IMG/VR virus record: IMGVR_UViG_3300032293_001706
Coordinates: 1 to 64,000 of that record
Reading direction: 5' to 3' (one strand)
Source: a virus
DNA length: 64,000 bases
Each line of letters starts with the position of its first letter. Position 1 is the stretch's first letter. Shown piece after piece: positions 55,621 to 64,000 of this stretch. Made by a program: the position numbers and the translations under genes. The notes below the pieces were generated by a model. That model worked only from the letters and a program-made list of their open reading frames with translations, was not told the DNA's origin and did no database searches.

Positions 55621-57075
55621 TTAATCAGTAAAGTTGATATGAAAAATAAAATAAAGTATATAATCATAAAAACTTTTTGTTTTATTATCCTTTAAAAAGT
55701 CGTTATTTTCAAAATTAAGGTCTGTGTATTCATCAAAAATAATACTTGTAAATTTATAATCTTTATTTATAGTATAATTTATGTTTGATGTGTTAAAAAC
55801 ATCCATAACCGTTTTTAAGTTTTTACAATCTGACCTAATTAATAACTCTAAACTTAATGATTCTTGATTATATAAATCAGTAAAATCTATTGTATTTTTA
55901 CTAAAAAATCGTACTATGATGTCAGCATTTTCTTTTTGAGGCTTAATATAATCATTAAAATCTTTTTGTCTTTTTTTAATGTTTTCCAATACTTTATTAG
56001 GACTATACCCTCTTTCTAAAACATCGCGCTTAATCTTCCACTTTTTTTTCAAATTTTCATCAGTATCCATAAAAATTTTCAAGTCGTAAAGATTGGTATT
56101 ACCATACAAACTATGTAACCCACATACAATTAGATTATCTGACGGGTTAATTAATTTCTTTTCGGTAAACTTACCACTGTGGTGGTCATAATCTACTTGA
56201 TATATATCATTACCTAATTTTAAATTGAAAATATCTTCTTCCATTTTAGTAATATAATTTGATTTTGGATTTAAATGAGTGGTTTGTTCCCAATTTTTAT
56301 TATTCCTTTCCCATTTATGGTATCTATCACACTCCAAAGTAAAAGAATTATTATAACAATTTTTTAATAACCTACTTAATGTTGATTTTCCAGACCCCGA
56401 ATCACCACAAATTGCAAAAATATTACACTTAGATAGTAGAAAATTATATTCTATATCCAATTTTTTAAATGATATGTTTGTTTTTTTTAAATACTCAAAT
56501 AATGATGTTTCAGATACGGGTAAAAAGAAATTACCATAAAATTTATAAATATCAAAATATTTATCCATAATTTTTGACTTACCAAAGGCAAATGCGTCAC
56601 AAAGATAACCATCATTGGAATTTGTAAGTCTGAATTTATCCATTTTAGCATCTGACGGTATATAAATTATATTGTCTTCGACTACAATATCAAAAATATT
56701 TTTAGTTAATATGTTTAAATCTAATCTATATCTTATTACTAAATCATATTCAGATGATTCAGATTCTCTTATAGTTTTTATTTCATTAAGTTTGTATAAC
56801 TTAGCCCAAAGATTAATAACGTTATTAATTTTATTATCACTAACATATGTTTGATTGTTTTCAACAATTGTTGTTATTGGATTAAGAATGTCTACTATTT
56901 TTTTTATATCAGAATCTTCTATTTGATTTAAATATTTATCATCGGTATTTTCACTTTTTGTGATATGTAAATAAACATCAACAGTTTTAAATTTTTTTAC
57001 AATTTCATTTACTATGAATTCAATACTTTTTTCGTAGTTCCTTAAATATCCAGCAATTAATAATGCAACTCTCAT
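55621..57075 (-). CDS. Fusion: putative glycosyltransferase-like N-terminus plus phosphoribulokinase/uridine-kinase C-terminus
   Basis: VALLIAGYLR...IRYRLD...DAFAFG; then AICGDSGSGKST, DRYHKW, YDHHSG, GLH, KIFMD. Confidence 0.8.
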   Translation of the reverse strand: MRVALLIAGYLRNYEKSIEFIVNEIVKKFKTVDVYLHITKSENTDDKYLNQIEDSDIKKIVDILNPITTIVENNQTYVSDNKINNVINLWAKLYKLNEIKTIRESESSEYDLVIRYRLDLNILTKNIFDIVVEDNIIYIPSDAKMDKFRLTNSNDGYLCDAFAFGKSKIMDKYFDIYKFYGNFFLPVSETSLFEYLKKTNISFKKLDIEYNFLLSKCNIFAICGDSGSGKSTLSRLLKNCYNNSFTLECDRYHKWERNNKNWEQTTHLNPKSNYITKMEEDIFNLKLGNDIYQVDYDHHSGKFTEKKLINPSDNLIVCGLHSLYGNTNLYDLKIFMDTDENLKKKWKIKRDVLERGYSPNKVLENIKKRQKDFNDYIKPQKENADIIVRFFSKNTIDFTDLYNQESLSLELLIRSDCKNLKTVMDVFNTSNINYTINKDYKFTSIIFDEYTDLNFENNDFLKDNKTKSFYDYILYFIFHINFTD

Positions 57076-57078
57076 AAA

Positions 57079-57966
57079 TTAAATTCCTTCGAATACATTT
57101 TGATTTTTACTTATCATATCATTTAATATATTTATAAGTTTTGAATTATTAAATATTTTATTGTAAAAATAATCATAATTGTTAATAACATCAAGAGTTT
57201 TAGTCGGTATTTCGTTGTAATCTGCCCAAATTATGAACTCGTTATATGGTATCTTTTCTTTTAACGGAACATCTTCGCTAACAATAATAACTCCATTACT
57301 TAATGCTGGTAAAACCCGCAGTTCTTCAAAAGTATGATGATGGTCTGTCTGATGTATATTAACCATAATTTTTGTTTTACTATATAAATCTAATAAACAC
57401 TCATTTGAAAAACAATTAGTAATTGTTGTGTTATTAACACCTAACTCATTTATTTGTGATAAAATATTCTTACGCCTAATGTTAGAACTCGTATCAAATA
57501 ATGTTATTACTTTAGATTTTTCACCATTAAATTTAGGGTCATATATTGTTGGTGATATATAAAGTACTTTTGATAGAAAGTTTTGAAACTTACCACATGA
57601 TTTTATATTTTCAATATTAGGTAAACTATATTCTATGATATAATCTAATGAATTAAGATAGTTAAATTTATCAATTCGTACTAAATAATAACTATCTTTA
57701 TTTTTTATGTTGCCGTAAATTTTATCGTTTACGGACCGACCACCTTCTTTTACGAGAGTATGTTCACATTGTATGTCAATTTTTAATGTTTTGTTATTAT
57801 TTTTAAAATCAAAAAAGTAATCACCAAAAATAATATTAAAACTTTCATCACATTCTGATAACCAATTTTTTAATAATTTAACAATATAGTTATAATATTC
57901 CCTAGTATGAATAACTTGGTTATCGGTGTAGAGTAAAAAACTTTTATTAATTTTCTCAATTATCAT
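57079..57966 (-). CDS. Putative glycosyltransferase (GT-B-like C-terminus)
   Basis: KIMVNIH...FEELRVLPAL...IVSE. Confidence 0.6.
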   Translation of the reverse strand: MIIEKINKSFLLYTDNQVIHTREYYNYIVKLLKNWLSECDESFNIIFGDYFFDFKNNNKTLKIDIQCEHTLVKEGGRSVNDKIYGNIKNKDSYYLVRIDKFNYLNSLDYIIEYSLPNIENIKSCGKFQNFLSKVLYISPTIYDPKFNGEKSKVITLFDTSSNIRRKNILSQINELGVNNTTITNCFSNECLLDLYSKTKIMVNIHQTDHHHTFEELRVLPALSNGVIIVSEDVPLKEKIPYNEFIIWADYNEIPTKTLDVINNYDYFYNKIFNNSKLINILNDMISKNQNVFEGI

Positions 57967-58754
57967 CTATCTACAGTTCGTTCCGTTTTTTGCTGTGCTC
58001 TTTTAACAAAGAAAGTTTTAATATTATCATCAAAAGGATTTACTGAATGACAATCATATTTTGGGTCTGGATTAGGGTTATTATTCCACATATAACCTAA
58101 GTATCTTATATCGCCATCAATATCATAATTCTTATGGTCATTCAATTCCCATATAATTCTAGCTAAATATCTTTCCGCTGCGCAACTTTGAGTTCTATTT
58201 GTTATCACAATCTGTTTAAAATAATCATAAGTCCTTTCAACGTTTAATGATGATATTATAAAACTACAACACCAACAAAAAGTACATTTATCTAAATTAT
58301 CTAATAGCCCCAATTTTAATAAAATTTCATTGGATATGTCTTGTAACATGCCGTCTTGAAAGTATGAATTAATTGTACAAGCTTTAATGTTTTCATTATA
58401 GAGAGTGTTAAAATCCAATTTATTTTTTAAAATAAATGTATCTTGTGTTAATACAATGTAAGAATATTCATTTATTAATGAATTATCTATTAAAAATTTC
58501 AAACCGATTTGATAAGCCCCAATTTCAAATTTACATTCTATATCATTTTCTAATAACACGACATTTTTATATTTTCTTAAATTTGCAAATATATCCTCTT
58601 TATACGTTGAATTATTATCTACGAAAATAATAAGTGCGTCTTCGTAGAATTTTTGTATAGTCTGCACATAATATTCACTATATGAATCATATCCTCTATA
58701 GTATTTATGAGCGATTATAAAAACTGGTTTGTTGATATTTTTAATTATTTCCAT
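57963..58754 (-). CDS. Putative glycosyltransferase / glycan-modifying protein
   Basis: FVDNNS, FEIGAY, LTQD, AAERY; in the GT cluster. Confidence 0.5.
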   Translation of the reverse strand: MEIIKNINKPVFIIAHKYYRGYDSYSEYYVQTIQKFYEDALIIFVDNNSTYKEDIFANLRKYKNVVLLENDIECKFEIGAYQIGLKFLIDNSLINEYSYIVLTQDTFILKNKLDFNTLYNENIKACTINSYFQDGMLQDISNEILLKLGLLDNLDKCTFCWCCSFIISSLNVERTYDYFKQIVITNRTQSCAAERYLARIIWELNDHKNYDIDGDIRYLGYMWNNNPNPDPKYDCHSVNPFDDNIKTFFVKRAQQKTERTVDR

Positions 58755-59554
58755 TTACTTGAATTTTTTAAATTATATTTATTTACTATTTTTTCGTATT
58801 CATATTTTATATCATCACACGAACCAATAGGTAACGTTTCAATGTTTAAATATTTTTGACTGTGTGTTATGTGAATGTACCTAAATGGTTCCAAACAAAT
58901 AAAATAACCACATTTAAATTTATTTTTTGAAAAAAGTTTAAAGATATTAAAGTTAACTGCATATTTCTGTGTATCAGGGTGTTCGATTGTTCTATAATCT
59001 CTGAAACCAAATTTTTCCATAATATCGATTAACGTCTCTTTCTTCCAAATCGATGGATTAACATTATATGGGTATCCTTTATTTTCAGTATCTATATTTG
59101 ATGATTTTATGTAATATAAATCATTATCATTTATTTCGTGACTCTTAATACTATCAAAATCGTAGGCTAATTGAAAATCAACTCTGTCGTAATTATTTTC
59201 ACGTAAAAAGTTAAACATACTTTTAATTTTTTCTTTATCAATATAAAATACAATATCATTATCATGTATGAAAATAAAATAATCATACGGAACGTCTTTA
59301 ATTGTATTTAGTAATCTATATCCATACGGTAACGAATCATCGTAAAAAATAACTTTTTCAAAATTATTATAAATACCACTAAGGTCATCGTCATTTTTAT
59401 TTATGATTAAAATCATCTCCCCACAATCTTTCAAATAATCAATTTGTATTTTTAATACTTCTAAGAAAGAAGAATGACTATAAATAACAATCTTTAAATT
59501 ATTATCAAGCGGTTTATCAGACAATTCAAATTTTTTTATATCAAATGTTATCAT
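58745..59554 (-). CDS. Putative glycosyltransferase, paralog of 60476..61240
   Basis: IHDNDI, YNVNPSIWKKETL. Confidence 0.55.
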   Translation of the reverse strand: MITFDIKKFELSDKPLDNNLKIVIYSHSSFLEVLKIQIDYLKDCGEMILIINKNDDDLSGIYNNFEKVIFYDDSLPYGYRLLNTIKDVPYDYFIFIHDNDIVFYIDKEKIKSMFNFLRENNYDRVDFQLAYDFDSIKSHEINDNDLYYIKSSNIDTENKGYPYNVNPSIWKKETLIDIMEKFGFRDYRTIEHPDTQKYAVNFNIFKLFSKNKFKCGYFICLEPFRYIHITHSQKYLNIETLPIGSCDDIKYEYEKIVNKYNLKNSSKWK

Positions 59555-60474
59555 TTTTGGTAAGTAGTGTTACGGATTTTATCAACCCAATATTTTAGGG
59601 TAATTCGTTCATAGTTAAATTCTTTATTTTTAAAGTCATCAATTGTCTTGTTCAATAACTCTTGAGTAATTTCGCTCCAATCATTTACTATTAGTACAGG
59701 TAAATCTTTATATAAAGTATCTAATTGGGACTTCTTTACAATCACAATTGTTCCTAACATTAATGCTTCCCATGTTCTGTGACAATCCATACCGTGGCCC
59801 ATTGGCGAAACTGTAAACGCATAATCCGCATTTTTTTTCCAAGTAGATTCTCTATCTACTAATGATGGTTCATAATAAATTAAATCTTTGGGTATTTTAT
59901 TAATTGCGTCTTGCCTTGGGTTACCAAATTCTGAATAGGTAACAAAATGAAAATTAGAATAACATTTAGGTAGTCTTTGATAAAATTCTCCCGCATTTTT
60001 TCTAATGTTGGTTAACATATTTTCCTGTTCTTTTGGTGTCATTGCTTGATTGCTCCATCCGCAAAACTCACCAAACGTTAAAGAATGAAAATTTACACCA
60101 ATTGGAATTAATGAAAATTTATTATGATAGTTTTCATTACAATTCACAGAATACCAATGAATTATTCTATCATCGTTAATTAGATTATTAAAAGTGTGTA
60201 AATCTATTAAATCGTCAGGCATTGTTTCATCCCCATCACCAGTAATTAAAATAAATTTATAATTCAAGTAAGGAAATACTTGATGTATAAATTGTCTAAA
60301 AAAAGCAAATTTAATATAAATACAATCACCATCTTTACCTTTTAGTAGTTTATTGAAGTCATGAGTAATTTTATATGGTTCTTTGTGATACGTTATTATA
60401 TTATTTTCGTCTAAAGATAATAACATTCCGACACTGGATATGTATTCACATTCTTTTAATTGTTCTAAGCTCAT
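59551..60474 (-). CDS. Exostosin (GT47)-like protein
   Basis: FTVSPMGHGMDCHRTWEALMLGTIVIV...LYKDLPVLIV. Confidence 0.75.
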   Translation of the reverse strand: MSLEQLKECEYISSVGMLLSLDENNIITYHKEPYKITHDFNKLLKGKDGDCIYIKFAFFRQFIHQVFPYLNYKFILITGDGDETMPDDLIDLHTFNNLINDDRIIHWYSVNCNENYHNKFSLIPIGVNFHSLTFGEFCGWSNQAMTPKEQENMLTNIRKNAGEFYQRLPKCYSNFHFVTYSEFGNPRQDAINKIPKDLIYYEPSLVDRESTWKKNADYAFTVSPMGHGMDCHRTWEALMLGTIVIVKKSQLDTLYKDLPVLIVNDWSEITQELLNKTIDDFKNKEFNYERITLKYWVDKIRNTTYQK

Positions 60475-60475
60475 A

Positions 60476-61240
60476 TTATTTGTACCATTTATTTGAATTT
60501 ATTAAATTATATTTTTTTACTATTTTCATATATTCATTACTTATATCGGCATAGGATTGGTTATAAACAGTAACAAAATTTACGTTTAAAGGTAAAAGTT
60601 TACCATTATGACTAATGTGTAGAAATTTATATTGTTGAATACAGTTAAAATATCCGCATCGTAAAAAATCATTAGTATTAATTTTAAAAATTTTATATTT
60701 TTTACAAAAAGACTGGACAGCATAATCTTCAATTGTTCTATAATTTCTATCTTTGAATTTGTCCATAATTTCAATCAAAGTTTCTTTTTTCCAAATCGAT
60801 GGGTTCACATTATATATATAATCTTTTTCATTTGTTTCCCTAACTAATTTAATATTATCAGAATAGTTAATAATATCTTTATCTATAATGTTATCGGTAT
60901 ATTTCAAATCGATTCTATCAAAATTTTTATCTATCATAAACTCTAATATTTGCTCTAAAAATTCTAAATTTACATCTAACAATATATCTATATCGTGAGA
61001 AAATAAAAAATAGTCAAACTTATAAAGTTTTAAACATTCTAAAAGTCTTTCAGCATATGGTAAACCATCATCGTAAAAAATTATTTCATCGTAAAATTTA
61101 TATATGTCATTTAAATTTTGATTGTTATTATTAATGAATAAAACTTTATTGACAAAATCTTTTTCTTTAATAAAATCTGTTTGTATTTTTAATATATCAT
61201 GGTATGATGAATGTGTGTAAATAATGATAGGTACTTTCAT
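60476..61240 (-). CDS. Putative glycosyltransferase, paralog of 58745..59554
   Basis: SHDIDI, YNVNPSIWKKETL. Confidence 0.55.
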   Translation of the reverse strand: MKVPIIIYTHSSYHDILKIQTDFIKEKDFVNKVLFINNNNQNLNDIYKFYDEIIFYDDGLPYAERLLECLKLYKFDYFLFSHDIDILLDVNLEFLEQILEFMIDKNFDRIDLKYTDNIIDKDIINYSDNIKLVRETNEKDYIYNVNPSIWKKETLIEIMDKFKDRNYRTIEDYAVQSFCKKYKIFKINTNDFLRCGYFNCIQQYKFLHISHNGKLLPLNVNFVTVYNQSYADISNEYMKIVKKYNLINSNKWYK

Positions 61241-62451
61241 AAGGGTTTAATTTTTTTTTCAAATTTTTTTATGTTTAAAATCCAAGGGGAATTTAAACCA
61301 TTGTCTAATTTTTTACAATGTTTAGCATTTTCCGTTTTAACTTCAAATTTAGATTCTTTATTCCATCCTGATACAAAATCACTGGAATATATTATTTTTA
61401 ATTGATTATTGTTAATTTCAATAATTTCACCGATAACATCCCCGCATTTTACTCTCATATTAGATTTAAATTTAGTTTTTTCGTAGTGTTTGGTTTCTTC
61501 AAAGAAAGTTGTGATAACATTACTAAAACAGTATGTAAATCTTTTATTTATTTTTAAAAATTCTGGAGAATTAATAGAAATTAAATTAGTTTCTTTTTTA
61601 CTAAAAAGAACATTACATAATCCTCCACCAATTGCACCTATAACATTTTCGGCTTTTGAAAACATAAGTATTTTTTCTTTAGTTGTTAAAAGTTCTGTAA
61701 ATACTTCAGTATACCCTTTATTTTCTAAAAAGGAAACTAATTCGTCCTCATTTATTAGCTTTCTTCTATCAGTATAATTAGTACCTATATTTAAATAGTT
61801 ACCATGTTTATGGCTCCTTCTAGAAACATATATGTTTTTAGGTCTATCAATATTATCATCAACAACACTTTCTACTATTCTACTATAAAAATGATATATT
61901 TCTTTTCTTGGGGGTAAATTAGAATCAATACCATGTGTGTAAGAATCAGAGATATATATTTCAGAGTATTGAGTGTTTGGTTTAATTAAAACAATATCTT
62001 CTTTTGTTATTCCTAATATTTCTAAAAATTCACAAACAAAAGGATAAAAATGATTTTTATCCTTATTTGGATAATTCATTAATAACTTCAGGTTAGGTAT
62101 GTTATTTTTTAATTGAAAAAATGAAATTAAATATGGTAGTGTATCATAAATGAAATGGAAGTAATTATCAGTATTATATACAAAAAAAAATACAGGATTT
62201 GTATATACTTCATCCTGTTTAATAATTTCCGTATTTATTTTGAAATAATCATTTATTTTTTGTAAAGACATTATTTTTTCGTTTATGGGATTAATGTGAC
62301 CATTACTCTCCGAATAGAATCTAATATTTGGATAAAATAAATTATATCCAGCGGATGTCAAATTTTCAAATCTAAAGATTGAAATCTCTCTATTATTTTC
62401 ATCCTTTTCAAAAATAGTTTTATATTTAGTAAACGTATCGTATTTTTTCAT
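61237..62451 (-). CDS. GT61 (DUF563)-like glycosyltransferase
   Basis: NYFHFIYDTLPYL, IYVSRR, RKLINEDEL, GAIGGGLCNVLF. Confidence 0.75.
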   Translation of the reverse strand: MKKYDTFTKYKTIFEKDENNREISIFRFENLTSAGYNLFYPNIRFYSESNGHINPINEKIMSLQKINDYFKINTEIIKQDEVYTNPVFFFVYNTDNYFHFIYDTLPYLISFFQLKNNIPNLKLLMNYPNKDKNHFYPFVCEFLEILGITKEDIVLIKPNTQYSEIYISDSYTHGIDSNLPPRKEIYHFYSRIVESVVDDNIDRPKNIYVSRRSHKHGNYLNIGTNYTDRRKLINEDELVSFLENKGYTEVFTELLTTKEKILMFSKAENVIGAIGGGLCNVLFSKKETNLISINSPEFLKINKRFTYCFSNVITTFFEETKHYEKTKFKSNMRVKCGDVIGEIIEINNNQLKIIYSSDFVSGWNKESKFEVKTENAKHCKKLDNGLNSPWILNIKKFEKKIKPL

Positions 62452-63188
62452 AAATTTAATTTATTTTTTTCAAAAAAAGATTCGTATGGATAGCAATTAA
62501 CATCTTCAATTATTTGTTCCATATAGTTATCAAATATACCTCTATAATTACTATTATTATCTAATACATATTTTTGATTATATATAAAATCTCTATTAAA
62601 TAATGAATATTTTCCAATACCTGATTTAATATGGTCATGTCTTAAATCTGAAATTATATTAGTTATTCCTTCCAAATATAAATCATTAATTTTATATCCT
62701 TTTTTTAAACATCTAAATATAATATCACCATCTTCTTCACCAAAACCTAAAAGTCTTTCATCAAAATAACCGATTGAATCTAAAAAACTTTTGGATATTA
62801 AAAAATGAGAAAATGAATTATTAATTCTTGTTATACCTGAAAAATTAACATTTTCAATGTAGTTTGAAATTTTCAAAAAAAAGTCATTAGAGTTAATATC
62901 TAAATCATCATTTAACATTAGTATATTATTTTCATTTGAATGGACTGCGATTGTATTCCACATTTTTGACAACCCTCTTGTTTCTGTGAAAAAAATAGGA
63001 TAAATATTAAGATTGGTCATACATAAATTAAGTATTTTTAATCTATACTCTTCAGAAAAATTACCTGATTCTTCACCGTTTATACATAGAAATATCCTAT
63101 TACTATTAAATTTTCTAATTTTTCTTACTAAATTTTCTAAAAGACTAAACCTTTTAGAAAAAGTTGTTATACCTATAGCATATTTCAT
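62448..63188 (-). CDS. Glycosyltransferase, GT2-like
   Basis: IGITTF, LNDDL, GYFDERLLGFGEEDGD. Confidence 0.8.
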   Translation of the reverse strand: MKYAIGITTFSKRFSLLENLVRKIRKFNSNRIFLCINGEESGNFSEEYRLKILNLCMTNLNIYPIFFTETRGLSKMWNTIAVHSNENNILMLNDDLDINSNDFFLKISNYIENVNFSGITRINNSFSHFLISKSFLDSIGYFDERLLGFGEEDGDIIFRCLKKGYKINDLYLEGITNIISDLRHDHIKSGIGKYSLFNRDFIYNQKYVLDNNSNYRGIFDNYMEQIIEDVNCYPYESFFEKNKLNL

Positions 63189-63991
63189 TATAAATACTCC
63201 TCCCCAAATGTTACAAGATTTTTATTGTAGTGTTTTTTAATAAACTCAACATAACCCTTTTTTTCCGCTAAAGAATCAAAAAATGACAAATCTATATTAA
63301 TACCATTAATTAAGCTGTCATTCATTTTTTGAGGACTGAAATTTAGATTATTTACAACACTATCATATCTTTGATTTATTGTTTGTATACTATGATTATA
63401 ATTTACCAATTCATAGTGTTTATACCATAATTGTTTTAAAGCGTAAAATTTACGATTACAAGATTGTAAATGTATTATACCAATATCCTTGGTTTGTAGT
63501 TTTGGTAAATTTACGGTTGGGGTTCGCGGAGTGTGGTATTTCCAAGCTGAAATATCCATATTTGAAATTTTTGACGTAGGTAAAACAAAAGAACGATAAT
63601 TATTTGTATATGCGTTATCGGTTCTATAATACTCTAAAGAGTTTACACAATTATACCAATAAAGCCAAACATCTGAAGACTGAAATAAGTTTAAATACAT
63701 ATTAAAGTCTTTGATAAAATTACTTGTCATCAATTCATCAGAGTCTAATGATACTATATAATCAACCTTATGTTTTTTTGATATATCTATCATTCTTTGT
63801 CTTTGGAACCCTTCATTAAATTTATTTAATTTATCATTAATTATTATTATTTTTTCATTATCTAAATGATTCTTAATTACTTGAATTGTGGAATCCGTTG
63901 AATTATCATCATAAAATATGAAAAGGTCTATCGGGTAATTCTTCCAAATGGGTAAAACATTATCTAATAATATTTCTTCATTTTTTACCAT
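63188..63991 (-). CDS. Glycosyltransferase, GT2-like (start may lie outside the window)
   Basis: MVKNEE, YDDNSTDST, LDSDE. Confidence 0.75.
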   Translation of the reverse strand: MVKNEEILLDNVLPIWKNYPIDLFIFYDDNSTDSTIQVIKNHLDNEKIIIINDKLNKFNEGFQRQRMIDISKKHKVDYIVSLDSDELMTSNFIKDFNMYLNLFQSSDVWLYWYNCVNSLEYYRTDNAYTNNYRSFVLPTSKISNMDISAWKYHTPRTPTVNLPKLQTKDIGIIHLQSCNRKFYALKQLWYKHYELVNYNHSIQTINQRYDSVVNNLNFSPQKMNDSLINGINIDLSFFDSLAEKKGYVEFIKKHYNKNLVTFGEEYL

Positions 63992-64000
63992 ACAATTTAT

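Noticed and set aside
2336-63579. Numerous 60-150 aa ORFs overlapping longer genes on the opposite strand or another frame
   Set aside because: Fully nested in well-supported genes, with biased composition and no motifs.
1-64000. Alternative genetic code (TAG or TGA recoding)
   Set aside because: Terminase, portal, capsid and other long genes are intact under the standard bacterial code, and both gene splits involve TAA.
1-64000. cas genes associated with the arrays
   Set aside because: No Cas1, Cas2, Cas9, Cas12 or HEPN-pair Cas13 sized ORF with matching motifs was recognised in this window.

Overview
This AT-rich window (roughly 30% GC by eye) comes from a large T4-like tailed phage. The host is very probably in the Bacteroidota, based on TAnnTTTG promoters, a tmRNA tag resuming on Gly, and an rpsU/bS21 gene next to the head genes. 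It contains: (1) an RNA-repair trio whose ligase is cut in two by a GIY-YIG endonuclease gene; (2) many late, probably virion-packaged proteins; (3) tRNA-Leu(UAA), a structured RNA directly upstream of it, and a tmRNA; (4) a ClpC-type ATPase split into two genes by an atypically split intein inside Walker A; (5) the head module of terminase, intein-containing portal, bS21, prohead protease, scaffold and major capsid protein; (6) baseplate-region genes, a gp55-like late sigma factor and PhoH; (7) about 16 kb of glycosyltransferase and sugar-nucleotide genes. The strongest unexplained signal is a set of CRISPR-like arrays (36-bp repeat plus exactly 30-bp GC-richer spacers) lying in frame inside two protein-coding genes. 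They always sit at the C-terminal end of the same mobile domain of about 75 aa, and no cas or reverse transcriptase gene is present in the window. All family assignments come from reading motifs by eye; no database searches were run.
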